A stretch of 64,000 nt of DNA from Verrucomicrobiales bacterium (GCA_031411295.1 JANOAV010000105.1:9419-73418), one strand, 5' to 3'; shown: positions 1-10,970, counted from the first letter of the stretch. Program-made: numbers and translations. The notes: a model not told the origin generated them from the sequence alone.

Positions 1-1748
1 TCCCGGGCGGCCGAAGCGATTTTCTTCAGCCGTGCGCCCGCGCCACAAATCAGGTTGTTACCTTCCACGCGCACTTCATCAAACTCACCCTTGCTAGGGT
101 GGATGACCACCCCACGAATGCCGCCATCGCGCACGAGTAAATTCGAGCCGCGTCCCACCACGCGGATCGGCAGTCCCTGTTCCCGACAATGTTTCACTAA
201 GCGGCTGAAACCAGCCACGGTGCGCGGTTCCACCCAGTATTGCGCGGGCCCGCCAATCAGAATGGTGGTGTGGCGGCTCATGGGTTCGTAAAGTTTCAAG
301 GGGCCAGGATCCTCACCCAGAGCCGATTGGAGGCCTTCCGCGGTTTGGATATCGTCTACCAGGCGGGCCCCAATTTCATGCACGTTGCCGGCCCCCAGGG
401 TGATGAGGAGATCTCCCTGACGGAGGAAGTTCCCCACCGCTTGATGCACCGTTTCGCGCTGCGGGGTGTAAAACGTCTTCACCCGATCTCCCTCCACGGC
501 ATTGATTTCATCCACCACGGTCTGTCCGGAAATGCCGGGGATGGGAGTTTCGCTGGCGGCATAGACATCCAGCACGAAGACCGCGTCCGCATGATGGAAG
601 GCCTGACCGAATTCTTTGCGGAGCAGTTGGGTGCGGGTGTAGCGATGGGGTTGGAAGACACAGATCACGCGGCCCCGACCCTGGCCGGTGGCGAAGTTTC
701 GCGCGGTCGCCAGGGTAGCGGCAATTTCCGTGGGGTGGTGACCGTAGTCATCGACCACGGTGAAATGGAGCGATTTCAACTTCACCTCGAAGCGACGTTT
801 CGCACCCCGGAAGGTGCCCAGCGCCCAGGTGATACGATCGAAGGGCACACCCAGGTCCGTCGCTAGAGCGATCACTGCCAACGCGTTCAAAACGTTATGG
901 CGGCCAGGGATATTGAGGATCATTTGTCCCAGCGGTTGGCCATGTTTGAGCACGATGAACTCGGTGCTCTGGCCCAATGAAGTTACTTCCACGGCGGCGT
1001 AATCCAGCGCGGGCTCCCAGCCATAGGAAACGCTGCGTTCCCTGCGGGAGCAGACATCGTGAGCCCCGGGATCACTTCCGCAGTAATAGACGGAACCCTT
1101 GGTCTGCTCCAACAGCTTGGTGAAGGTGGCCTTGATTTCTTCCAGATTTTTATAGTGATCCAGATGCTCCTCTTCGACATTTAGGAGGATGACATGCTGC
1201 GGATGAAATAGGGCGATGGTGCCATCGCTCTCATCTCCTTCGGCCACGAAATGGTCCCCTTCCTGATCCCAGAACGCGTTGGTGCCTAACAGGGGGATTT
1301 CCGCCCCGACGTAGTGACTCGGATGCAGGTCCCCAGCCCGCAGCACGTGGGCACACATGCTGGAGGTGGTGGTTTTGCCGTGCATGCCGCCGACGACGAT
1401 GCCTTGTTTGCGCTGCATGATGGCGGCCAGGGCTTCGGCCCGTCGGAAGAGTGGAATGCCCGCAGCCACGGCAGCATCATAGGCAACATTTCCGGGCTTA
1501 ATGGCCGAGGAGTAAATCACCAATCCCGCTCCCGCCACGCTCTCTGCGGTGTGGGGACAAAAGAACTCCAAGCCGCGTTGCTGCAGTCGTTCGGTCTCAG
1601 TGGTAGTCGCTTTATCAGAGCCGGAGACTTGATACCCGAGTTCGATGAGGAGGGCGGCAATGCCGCTCATGCCACTTCCGGCCACGCCAATGAGGTGGAT
1701 GCGGGAGGAGGAATCGGCAAGGTCGAATAAGCTGGAGTTGTGGGGCAT
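1..1748 (-). CDS. murC: MurC-MurB fusion (UDP-N-acetylmuramate--L-alanine ligase fused to UDP-N-acetylenolpyruvoylglucosamine reductase); runs off the left edge
   Basis: Absent from the ORF track because no stop lies in the window. Manual translation from the ATG at 1748 gives MurC motifs (IHLIGVAGSGMSGIA, GMHGKTTTS, EGDESDG, DDYGHHPTEI, FQPHRYTRT). These continue in frame into MurB motifs (EPMSRHTTILIGGPA, GRGSNLLVRDGG, CGAGARLKK). Confidence 0.92.
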   Translation of the reverse strand, partial: MPHNSSLFDLADSSSRIHLIGVAGSGMSGIAALLIELGYQVSGSDKATTTETERLQQRGLEFFCPHTAESVAGAGLVIYSSAIKPGNVAYDAAVAAGIPLFRRAEALAAIMQRKQGIVVGGMHGKTTTSSMCAHVLRAGDLHPSHYVGAEIPLLGTNAFWDQEGDHFVAEGDESDGTIALFHPQHVILLNVEEEHLDHYKNLEEIKATFTKLLEQTKGSVYYCGSDPGAHDVCSRRERSVSYGWEPALDYAAVEVTSLGQSTEFIVLKHGQPLGQMILNIPGRHNVLNALAVIALATDLGVPFDRITWALGTFRGAKRRFEVKLKSLHFTVVDDYGHHPTEIAATLATARNFATGQGRGRVICVFQPHRYTRTQLLRKEFGQAFHHADAVFVLDVYAASETPIPGISGQTVVDEINAVEGDRVKTFYTPQRETVHQAVGNFLRQGDLLITLGAGNVHEIGARLVDDIQTAEGLQSALGEDPGPLKLYEPMSRHTTILIGGPAQYWVEPRTVAGFSRLVKHCREQGLPIRVVGRGSNLLVRDGGIRGVVIHPSKGEFDEVRVEGNNLICGAGARLKKIASAAR

Positions 1749-2013
1749 ACGGGAAAATGAAAAAGGGCGGTCACATCCTACTCCGTCAGTTCACCACGCA
1801 AGCGGGAGGTGGAGGAAATCATGGATGGCATGGCTGCGTGATCCCAAGCCAAGTGAGTCGCGCGTAGGGAAATCCCCTAAATGCGCACTAGTAATAAGAA
1901 TTAGATGGTCAGTTGGTGATTAATTTTTTATAAAGGGCTCGTTATCAAATTAATCCTCCGCCTCTGGTTTCCCTGCCAAGGTGCCATCGTAGTATCTTCC
2001 CCCCCTTTGCTCT

Positions 2014-5000
2014 ATGAAAAATCCCCTTTTTCGTCTGGTGCCCAGCCTGTGTGGCTCGGCGTTGTTACTGGCTTCCTCTGCTGAAGCGAAGTTGCTTGGT
2101 TACTGGAATTTCGATGGTCCGTCTTCGACTTCGACTTCGGATCGTTTGAAGGATAAATCTGGCAATGGCTATCATGGTCGGGATCCGAATTATGGTGGGG
2201 GCACGGGGGTGAATCGCGTGTTCTTTAATGCGGTGGACGTGCCGCGGGCCCCGTATTTGGTGCCGCCCGGGAATACGAATTACTGCTTAGACCTGACGGG
2301 AAATAGCACGGCGGGCACGGAAAATAATCGCTATGTGGTGATTGAGCCTGATGCAGCTGGGGATGGCAGCGGGACGACCGCAGCTGCGGGGGCGGTTGAC
2401 TCGACGGGGAATGCGTTTAACCTTGGAAATACCACAGGGACGTCCGTGGCGGCCACGGGGTTTCGGTTCACGGTGGCTTTCTGGTATAAGGGAAATGCGG
2501 TGCAGACATATTCTAACTATGTTTCCAAGGGCGGGGAGGCTTACGGGAATGCCGGTAAGGCTTTTGAAGGTTGGGCGGTGCGTAAAAATAACACAAATGT
2601 GCGCATGGATTGGGTGACGCGCGGCAGTTGGGCGAACACTGGGGACTTGGATGGTGGCGCGGATTATAATAATCGCAGCGGCGGCACGCTGGCGGCTCCT
2701 TCGCTCAATGGCGTGGTAGTGGCAGTGGGTAATGTGGCCAACAATACGATTGGAAATATCACGGACAATTTGGCGGCTGGCACTTGGCAGCATGCCTGTA
2801 TGGTTTGGGATGGCACGCGGAAGCACATGTATATCAACGGCTTCCATAATAAATCGGAAACCATTGCTGGTGCCACTTACATCGGGACGACGGCTAAGTT
2901 AGTCTTCGGGGTGGATTATACTACGGCCAATGCAGTTAATGTGCTGAAGTTCTCCCGCACGCGGATGGATGAAATTTGTATTTATGATGAAGCGCTGACG
3001 CCTGGGCAGGTCGAAGATTTGGCACGGGGAGCCAGTCCGCTGACTCCGCTGCGCACACAATGGCGTCCATTCGATTTCGCCATGCCTACTGCGAATCCTA
3101 ACTTGGTGCCTTACAACAGCGCGTATCCACCAGCCTATGCTGCGGGAAATTTGTCTCCGACGGGAGCCGCCTATCCACTGAGCACCGGTGGTTTGCCCGC
3201 CAATGCCTTGGATGGGAATTTGGCGACGGCTTACATTAATTTGAAGGGCGTTTACAGCGGGTTGATGACGACTTTGCCTGCCACGAACATTGTGAAGAGT
3301 TTCACGATTACCACGGCGGCGGCTAATCCAGAGCGGGATCCTGCAACGTATGAACTGTGGGGCACGGCATCTGCGTTAACGAGCGCAGACAACAGTGGTG
3401 GCCGGGCGGAGGCGTGGACGTTGATTCAGTCCGGCGCGTTGGGTTTACCTGCGACCCGTGGGACCACTGTGACGATTCCGGTTACGAACTCGACGACGTA
3501 TTTGAATTACAAGATCGTGTTCCCGACCCTAACTGGGGCGACGGAAAAGACGATGCAGATTGCGGAAATCCAATATTTTACGAGCACGGACGGCACGGGA
3601 GTAGGGTTGCTCTTGCCAGCCAGTGTGGCCCGGGCGATTGCTGAGCCAACGATTTCCAATGGCCAATCCTGGCATCAGGGGGCGGAGCAGGTGGCCAAGG
3701 TGATTGATGGCGTTACCACGACGAAATATTTAAATACTGCCGGAGCGGGCACTGGTTTCATTGTCACACCTGCGGCGGCTTCGGTGGTGCAAAGCTTCCG
3801 CGCCACGACCGCCAATGATACTCCGGGACGGGATCCCACGTTCTATGCCATCTACGGCACGAATGATACCATCAAGAGCCTGAATAACACAGACGGTAAA
3901 GCGGAAAACTGGACGCTGATTCAACAAGGCCGCTTAACCATGCCGTTCGCTCGGACGACGTTGGGACCGGTGGTGACGCTGACAAATTCCACCAGTTACA
4001 CCTCCTACAAAGTGGTCTTCCCGATGAACGGGGGCGAGGTGCTGTTCCAGTTAGCGGAATTCCAACTTTACCCCACCACAGATGCCACGGGCGCTGGGGT
4101 GCTGGCACCGGCAAATCCCATCCTGGGGGTGGCGGAAAATTACATGGGACCTTTGTCTGTGGCCAGCTTCTATGCAGGCTACACGGGCGGGCCGTTGATG
4201 CCGCAGGGCGGGCCAGGTTACATGGGGATCTTCGAACAGCGCGCCAACGGCAATCTGCGTCGGCCAGATGGATCTTCTTCGGGCAATGCTAATGTTTACA
4301 CAGGGGATAGCCCTATCATGTATGCGCGGTGGGGGTCCTTGAATGCTCCGAGCTACACGCCGGGAATTATCAACTATCCCATTGTGCGTGGCACCACCAC
4401 GTCCATCAACTTTGGTGATGACAATTCGAGTATCGCCACGGGCTATGATGGTGCGCAAAATGAATTCCTAACGAGTTCGATTCCCGCCGCCCAGGATAAT
4501 ATGGTGCAAATGATTCAGGGCTGTTTCCGGGTGACGACTCCGGGGAAATATACGTTTACCTTGCGAGGTGATGACGGGGCTGATTTGGCCATTGCCGGGG
4601 CTACGTGGCTGTCGATGACTGCTGGTAATAACTTTGGTTCCATCGTGGGAGACACGCTGCAAAATCACATGACGACGGGGGACACCAATAATGTGGCGGT
4701 GGTGAATTTCCCGACGGCGGGGGACTATAATTTCCGCTACTCCTATAGTGAAGCGACGGGCGGCGCCTTCAATGAAGTGCTCTACGCTCAGGGGGAATTC
4801 GTGGCTTATGATGCGGTCGCCTTCAAACAACTCGGGGATCCTGCGGGCGGCCTGAGCCTGGTGGATCACACGCCAATGATGGACATCCGCAGCACTGTGC
4901 TCTTGGTCACGGGCGGGGTTCCAGCCACGCAGACGCTAACATGGGATGCTGGCTATGCCACGAATGTGAAGATCAACGGTGGTGCTTTCGCCAATGAAGA

Positions 5001-8000
5001 TGTGACTGCTGTCACCCTCAATGGTTCTGGCTCACGGACCCTGCCCACGCCAGCCACGACCACGACCTACACCATCACTGGGATTCGTGGATCGGGAACG
5101 CCCGTGACCCGCTCCGTGACGGTCTATGTAAATTCCCCGCCGGTGATTCTAACGTTTGCCGCAGATGACGCCACGTTGCTCCCTGGGGCTCCGCTGACGC
5201 TGCGTTGGACCAGCCTCTTCGGCACCACTTTCACGCTGAGTAATGGCGTTACTAACACGAACGTCACCAGTAATACGACCACCGCCCCCGATGGCACTCA
5301 GAGTGGATTCATTACCATAGCTGCTCCTGCGGCGGATACCACCTACAGCCTCACGGCTACCAATACGTTCGCCCCTCCGACAGTTAGCACCACCCTTATC
5401 GATATCGGGACTGGTCCGACGCTGACATTTACAGGAGACAAGGCCACGATGCTGCAGGGTTCCTTCCTGACGCTAAACTGGACGGTCACGGACGGCGGCA
5501 ATGCCACGATTACACCGCGTCTTAACAACTCATCGCTGTCCACCAGCGTCCCCAATACGGGCACCAGTGTGGAGCAACCCCAGTTGACCACTACTTACAC
5601 CCTGAGCGCATCCAACATTTACGGTAGTTCCTCAGCCACGACCACGATAACCATGCCAGAGCGCTTTGGAATTTCGCCAGCCGGCTGGACAGTGCAGGTG
5701 GATTACTGGAATCGCTTTGGATACACCGATCCTGTTTTTGGAATTCGCAATGCCCATACGGCAGCAGCCTATCAAAGTGACGAAATGTTTGCCATCACAG
5801 ACGCAGCGCTGGGTGACCGCGGACCGCTCGCCACGGTTAACACGAATACAACGACCCCTGCATTGAGCGGCCCGGCCGTGCCTCCGAACGCTCAACCCGG
5901 CACTGGCGAGAAGTTGCTCATGCGCTATCGCGAAACGGGCGTGGCGGTTATCAACTATGATGATGCGGCCGCAGCCACCGGCAGCATTCCCGGCAGCGTT
6001 CGTCCACCTCCAGCGTTGACCGCAGGGGTTACCTATGACCAGTATGCCCTCAAGGCCACTGCCACCTTGGTGGTGAATGCGCCAGGCGACTACACCATCG
6101 GGATCAACAACGATGACGGTGGGCGGTTGCGGATCGATTTGAATAACGATGGTGATTTCAGCGACGGAGGGGAAACGCTGGTGCAGGATGAAACTTACCA
6201 TGGCTTCCTTGGCACCCTCCCACTCACCTCCACGGTATCCCTCCAAGCCGGCGCCTATCCCATTGAATACATGTATTTCGAAGGTGCTGGTGGCTCCGGT
6301 GGGGAAGTCTTCTTCGTTGATCCGGATGACCAATGCCGCATCAAGCCCCTGCCCATCGTGAGTGCCAGTCCGACCGCTCCTGTAACCACGGACGTCGTTA
6401 TTAGCGAATTCATGGCCGTGAATAACAATACGCTGGAGGACTTGGAGCACAACAATCCTGACTGGATCGAACTCTACAACGGAACCGCTGCCGCCATTAG
6501 CCTCAATGGATATTTCCTAACAGACAATGCTGCCATTCCTAATAAATGGGCCTTCCCCAACACCGCGAGCGTCCCAGCGGGTGGCTATCTGATCGTCTTT
6601 GCCTCCGGGAAAGCGACCCGCATTCCTCCGCCTCCCGCCACAGAGTTCCACACGAATTTCACCCTCGGTGGTGGCGTGGGTTATGTGGCTCTGAAGAAGA
6701 GCGATGGTGCCGGTGGGTATCTCAATGTTTCCTCTTTCAACTACCCCAACCAGCGCGGAGATGTTTCCTACGGTTGGTATGATGGAACCAATATCGGTTA
6801 TTCCAGCACGCCCACTCCGGGGAAATTGAACATGGGCGGAGCGGCCAGTCTGGTCACAGGCGACACTCATTTCAGTGTGGATCGAGGCATCAAAACGGCG
6901 GCGTTTAGCTTGGAAATTACGGCCAGCGACACCACCCCAGGAACCATCATTCGCTACACCACGGATGGCTCCATCCCCACGGCCCTCAATGGCCAGAACT
7001 ACACCGTCCCCATTCCCATCAGCGTCACTACCGCAGTGCGGGCCATCGCCATGCGAGCCGGTGCCATTCCCACCAACTCCGACACCCAGACCTACATTTT
7101 CCTGGACGATGTGTTGACGCAGAACACCGTCCAAGCCCTCGCCAAAGGCTGGCCGAACTCTATCGTGGCCGGACAGACGTTCGACTTCGGCATGGATGCG
7201 GCCATCGTGGCCGGCAAGGAAACGGAAGTGAAAAATGCGCTCAAAGCCATCCCCACGGTCTCCGTAGTCACGGACATCACGAACCTCACCGACCCGAACT
7301 GCGGGATCTTTGTGGAGAGCCAGTTCCGGGGCCGGGCGTTCGAGCGCAACTGCTCCGTCGAATTGCTCAACGACAAGGGTGATCTCAATGGCAATTTCCA
7401 AATCGAAGCAGGAATTCGTTCGCGCGGTGGATTCAGCCGCAGTGATGGCAATCCCAAGCACTCTTGGCACCTCTATTTCCGCAACGACCCCGGTTACGGC
7501 GGACGTTTGAAATATTCCCTCTACGGCACTGAAGGCACCAACCGTTTCGAGCAGATCGATCTCGCCACCGCCAATAATTACTCATGGTCATTCGCTCCGG
7601 AAAACGCCAACCTGCGGACCTTGGCTTACACCAACAGCTCCAATACCACCACCACGTTCCAATGGCGCTACAACACGTTCGTGCGGGACTTGGCCAGCCG
7701 GGATCTGCAAATTGACATGAGCGGCTATGGCACCCGCAACAAATACGTCCATCTCTACATCAACGGCATTTATTGGGGCCTGCATTATTTCCAAGAACGG
7801 GCGGAGGCTTCGTTTGGTGAAGAATATTTTGGAGGCGACAAGAATAACTATGACGTCATCAAATCCTCCGGCAGCACTAACGGTTACCAAACGGAAGCTA
7901 CCGACGGAGATATGACCCGTGGTATTACCGGCACGGCCACCGTGGACGGCAACTACCAAAGCGCCTGGGCCAAATTTTACGGAGGCGCGCTCGATATTCG

Positions 8001-10782
8001 TCAGCGCAACGGCAACCTCCTCACCCCGGCTGCCATCAACGATCGTAACGTCCGCCTCTATAAACTCATGGGCATGGACTACAATCCCAGCACGCAGACC
8101 GCCACGCCGAATCCCGCTTATCCTGTGCTGCTGGACGTGAACAACCTCGTCGATTACATCCTCATTACCTGCTACGCGGGTGCCTACGATGCTCCACTGT
8201 CCACGTTTGTAACCACCTCCGGTTCCAACAACTGGACCGCCATGCGGGATCGCGCGGGCAATCGTGGTTTCCGTTACTTCGTATGGGATTTCGAGCACGG
8301 CTTGGGCACGGACATGCTCAGTGGGGACTTCACTGCGGGCTACAGCTTGGACGTTGATCCTAGCGCCACTAGCAACGTGAAATTTGTCGGTTCCACCATC
8401 GGCAACGCCACCCAGGCAAGCTACCGTTCCTACAATCGCCTGGGACCATGGGCCTTTGGTAACGGAGCCGTCACCCTCAATCCGCGGGCTCCTCTACCCA
8501 CGTTCCAACAATATCGAGGAGACTTCAGTGGCACCAATCCGGAATATTTCTGGGATCCCTTCTACTATAACACGGGAAATGATCTAGCCCGCTCAAATCC
8601 TCAGTTCCTGCATGAAATGCTGGCCTTTTCCAGCGAATACCGTCGCCTGTTTGCCGACCGCGCTCAAGTCATGCTCCGCCAAGGCGGGCCATTGACTACC
8701 CCCAAAGTGCTGGCCCGGATCGATGCCCGCAAAGTTCAGTTGGAAAATGCCGTCATTGCAGAATCCGCCCGCTGGGGCAATGCCAAAGGCGTCGCCCTCA
8801 CTAACTACGACAAAAATGCCTGGCTCGCAGCCGTGCAGAATATGAAAGATTGGGTCATTCAAGGATCCAACCAACATGTGCTCAACAGCCTGCCCATCTA
8901 TGAAGCTGGCGGAGTCATCCCACGGGCTGGCACAAACGTCCAAGGCCCTGGACGTGCTGAGTTGCTCATTTCCCAGCTCAAAGCCTATAAGGACGGCGGT
9001 TCCAGTGGCGGGTTTGCCACTGTGACTACCAAGGCCCTAACATCCAACGTCGCCACTATCACCACGAATCCCGCCCATGGCTTCGTCGTCGGACAACCGG
9101 TGCTCATCGTGCTGAACGGAGCGGATGCAGTGTTTGACGGCACTTGGACCATTGCCAGTGTCCCCACGCCAACAACGTTCACCTACGCCCGCACCAATCC
9201 TACCAACGTCGCTTCTGCCGGGGCTGGTGGAACTGTAACTCCATCTGCGCAAAACTTTACCATCACGAATAAAGCACTCGCGACCAACGTGACAACGCTG
9301 ACCACTTCATCGCCTCATGGTTACCTCGTGAACCAACAAGTGACCGTGGCTATGACTCCGGCGGACGCAGTATTTGACGGCACTTACACGATTACGGCCG
9401 TGCCAACCATCACCACCTTCAGTTACGCCAAAACCAACGCCAACGTTACTGCGGTGGCTGCCTTCGGCCTCGTGACGCCAACTACTCCTCCGGCAGCAAA
9501 TATCACGGGTGCCGCAGCCTATGTCGTGCCTAACTTGTTCCCCAGCATCGATGCCCCAACCCTCAGCCTGAGTGGTGGCGTGGTTCCCACCAACACCACC
9601 GTGACCCTGACCAATCCGAACACAGGTTCCATCGCCAATCAGACGATTTACTACAGCACGATCGGAGTGGATCCACGGCCCATCGGCGGCGGAGCCCCTG
9701 CGGGCGGCACCTCCAGCATCGGAGTCAATGGCACCGTCAGCGGCAATGCAACCCTAACGGTAACCGGAGCCCTCGTGGCTCGCGTCTATGACAGCGTGGC
9801 CCAAGACTGGTCTGCACTCAGCAGAGGGGACTTTATTGTTGGGGTAGTGGCATCCGCTGCCAATTTCCTCATCACGGAAATGAACTACAACCCTGACAAC
9901 ACCACCCTGACGAGCACCGATGGTCAAAGTTTCGAGTTCGTCGAACTGCAGAACATCAGTGCCAGCCCGATCGATCTCACGGGGGTGAAATTCACCACCG
10001 GCATCACCTACAACTTCCCGCTGGGACAAATCCTCCCCGCTGGAGAACGTCTGGTGATCGTGAAGGACCCTGTCGCTTTCGCCACCCGCTACCCAGACGC
10101 CAGCTACCCCGGCCTCTCCGCTAAAGTTGTCGGAACCTACAGCGGCTCGTTAGACAACGGTGGCGAGCAAATCGTCCTCAAAGCCCAGAACGGAAGTGAC
10201 ATCCGCAACTTCACTTACGGTGATGATGCCGACTGGCCACAGCTCCCAGACGGCCGCGGCCGCACGCTCGTCTTTACCTGTGCCGCCGGAGGCGAGGCTG
10301 TCTCCGCCGGGAATGATCCCGCCAACTGGTTCACCCACGCCCTCTTCCACGGCAACCCCGGCGGACCAGACTGCACCAGCTACAGCGCTTGGGCCGCCGC
10401 CAACTCAGCGTCCACACTTGGAGATGCCGATACCAGCGACCAAGACGGCGTTTCCGATCTGCTGGAATACTTCTTCGGCGGCAGCCTGACCAGCAGCAGC
10501 ACCGATAAAATGCCCTTCGCCAGCGTCGCTAACCTCGTGGTGAATAACGTGGCCGCCGACTACCAAGTCATTACCTTCACCCGCGCCCCCGGCACCGAAG
10601 ACGCGTCCTTTGTGGTGCAAATCTCGGATGACCTCACTAATCCATCCTGGACCAACACCGCTGTCCTCACCATCCGCACGGAAAACCTCGACGGCTCCGT
10701 AACCTTCGTTTACCGTGCCCCGCTGGCCTACTCCGAGGACAACCGCAACTTCATGCGCGTGCAGGTGAACTACACGCCGTAA
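2014..10782 (+). CDS. Giant secreted multidomain protein: LamG-like, 2x discoidin/F5-8C-like, PA14-like, lamin-tail domains, CotH kinase, C-terminal DxDG..EYxxG domain
   Basis: Signal peptide (..SSAEA/K). LamG hallmarks GYWNFD and DEICIYDEALT. PA14-like DDG motifs. Lamin-tail motifs VVISEFMAVN..DWIELYN and ITEMNYNP..EFVELQN. CotH-like motifs HLYINGIYWGL..ER and FRYFVWDFEH. Confidence 0.85.
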   Translation: MKNPLFRLVPSLCGSALLLASSAEAKLLGYWNFDGPSSTSTSDRLKDKSGNGYHGRDPNYGGGTGVNRVFFNAVDVPRAPYLVPPGNTNYCLDLTGNSTAGTENNRYVVIEPDAAGDGSGTTAAAGAVDSTGNAFNLGNTTGTSVAATGFRFTVAFWYKGNAVQTYSNYVSKGGEAYGNAGKAFEGWAVRKNNTNVRMDWVTRGSWANTGDLDGGADYNNRSGGTLAAPSLNGVVVAVGNVANNTIGNITDNLAAGTWQHACMVWDGTRKHMYINGFHNKSETIAGATYIGTTAKLVFGVDYTTANAVNVLKFSRTRMDEICIYDEALTPGQVEDLARGASPLTPLRTQWRPFDFAMPTANPNLVPYNSAYPPAYAAGNLSPTGAAYPLSTGGLPANALDGNLATAYINLKGVYSGLMTTLPATNIVKSFTITTAAANPERDPATYELWGTASALTSADNSGGRAEAWTLIQSGALGLPATRGTTVTIPVTNSTTYLNYKIVFPTLTGATEKTMQIAEIQYFTSTDGTGVGLLLPASVARAIAEPTISNGQSWHQGAEQVAKVIDGVTTTKYLNTAGAGTGFIVTPAAASVVQSFRATTANDTPGRDPTFYAIYGTNDTIKSLNNTDGKAENWTLIQQGRLTMPFARTTLGPVVTLTNSTSYTSYKVVFPMNGGEVLFQLAEFQLYPTTDATGAGVLAPANPILGVAENYMGPLSVASFYAGYTGGPLMPQGGPGYMGIFEQRANGNLRRPDGSSSGNANVYTGDSPIMYARWGSLNAPSYTPGIINYPIVRGTTTSINFGDDNSSIATGYDGAQNEFLTSSIPAAQDNMVQMIQGCFRVTTPGKYTFTLRGDDGADLAIAGATWLSMTAGNNFGSIVGDTLQNHMTTGDTNNVAVVNFPTAGDYNFRYSYSEATGGAFNEVLYAQGEFVAYDAVAFKQLGDPAGGLSLVDHTPMMDIRSTVLLVTGGVPATQTLTWDAGYATNVKINGGAFANEDVTAVTLNGSGSRTLPTPATTTTYTITGIRGSGTPVTRSVTVYVNSPPVILTFAADDATLLPGAPLTLRWTSLFGTTFTLSNGVTNTNVTSNTTTAPDGTQSGFITIAAPAADTTYSLTATNTFAPPTVSTTLIDIGTGPTLTFTGDKATMLQGSFLTLNWTVTDGGNATITPRLNNSSLSTSVPNTGTSVEQPQLTTTYTLSASNIYGSSSATTTITMPERFGISPAGWTVQVDYWNRFGYTDPVFGIRNAHTAAAYQSDEMFAITDAALGDRGPLATVNTNTTTPALSGPAVPPNAQPGTGEKLLMRYRETGVAVINYDDAAAATGSIPGSVRPPPALTAGVTYDQYALKATATLVVNAPGDYTIGINNDDGGRLRIDLNNDGDFSDGGETLVQDETYHGFLGTLPLTSTVSLQAGAYPIEYMYFEGAGGSGGEVFFVDPDDQCRIKPLPIVSASPTAPVTTDVVISEFMAVNNNTLEDLEHNNPDWIELYNGTAAAISLNGYFLTDNAAIPNKWAFPNTASVPAGGYLIVFASGKATRIPPPPATEFHTNFTLGGGVGYVALKKSDGAGGYLNVSSFNYPNQRGDVSYGWYDGTNIGYSSTPTPGKLNMGGAASLVTGDTHFSVDRGIKTAAFSLEITASDTTPGTIIRYTTDGSIPTALNGQNYTVPIPISVTTAVRAIAMRAGAIPTNSDTQTYIFLDDVLTQNTVQALAKGWPNSIVAGQTFDFGMDAAIVAGKETEVKNALKAIPTVSVVTDITNLTDPNCGIFVESQFRGRAFERNCSVELLNDKGDLNGNFQIEAGIRSRGGFSRSDGNPKHSWHLYFRNDPGYGGRLKYSLYGTEGTNRFEQIDLATANNYSWSFAPENANLRTLAYTNSSNTTTTFQWRYNTFVRDLASRDLQIDMSGYGTRNKYVHLYINGIYWGLHYFQERAEASFGEEYFGGDKNNYDVIKSSGSTNGYQTEATDGDMTRGITGTATVDGNYQSAWAKFYGGALDIRQRNGNLLTPAAINDRNVRLYKLMGMDYNPSTQTATPNPAYPVLLDVNNLVDYILITCYAGAYDAPLSTFVTTSGSNNWTAMRDRAGNRGFRYFVWDFEHGLGTDMLSGDFTAGYSLDVDPSATSNVKFVGSTIGNATQASYRSYNRLGPWAFGNGAVTLNPRAPLPTFQQYRGDFSGTNPEYFWDPFYYNTGNDLARSNPQFLHEMLAFSSEYRRLFADRAQVMLRQGGPLTTPKVLARIDARKVQLENAVIAESARWGNAKGVALTNYDKNAWLAAVQNMKDWVIQGSNQHVLNSLPIYEAGGVIPRAGTNVQGPGRAELLISQLKAYKDGGSSGGFATVTTKALTSNVATITTNPAHGFVVGQPVLIVLNGADAVFDGTWTIASVPTPTTFTYARTNPTNVASAGAGGTVTPSAQNFTITNKALATNVTTLTTSSPHGYLVNQQVTVAMTPADAVFDGTYTITAVPTITTFSYAKTNANVTAVAAFGLVTPTTPPAANITGAAAYVVPNLFPSIDAPTLSLSGGVVPTNTTVTLTNPNTGSIANQTIYYSTIGVDPRPIGGGAPAGGTSSIGVNGTVSGNATLTVTGALVARVYDSVAQDWSALSRGDFIVGVVASAANFLITEMNYNPDNTTLTSTDGQSFEFVELQNISASPIDLTGVKFTTGITYNFPLGQILPAGERLVIVKDPVAFATRYPDASYPGLSAKVVGTYSGSLDNGGEQIVLKAQNGSDIRNFTYGDDADWPQLPDGRGRTLVFTCAAGGEAVSAGNDPANWFTHALFHGNPGGPDCTSYSAWAAANSASTLGDADTSDQDGVSDLLEYFFGGSLTSSSTDKMPFASVANLVVNNVAADYQVITFTRAPGTEDASFVVQISDDLTNPSWTNTAVLTIRTENLDGSVTFVYRAPLAYSEDNRNFMRVQVNYTP

Positions 10783-10948
10783 TGGGCGGTTCAGCCGAGG
10801 CGCGGAGCAGGGATCATCCAAGGTCTGGTGGAGGCGGCAGTCAATGCCAATGCCAAGCGCTCAGACTTGGAAAATTGGCTCACCGGACGCTGTCTCGGAC
10901 TGGCGTCAGCAAACCCAACAACACTTACTCTCCGCCAAGTAAGCGAGA

Positions 10949-10970
10949 GTGGAGCAGTCCGCTGGACTGC
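10949..10970 (+). repeat. REP-like palindrome GTGGAGCAGTCC-GCT-GGACTGC
   Basis: 22-bp identity with 55533-55554; an inverted degenerate copy lies at 28116-28136; all copies are intergenic. Confidence 0.75.

Noticed and set aside
55..1730. Plus-strand ORFs 55-291, 240-866, 760-1002 and 1314-1730
   Set aside because: Antisense shadows of the murC-murB fusion with no motifs of their own.
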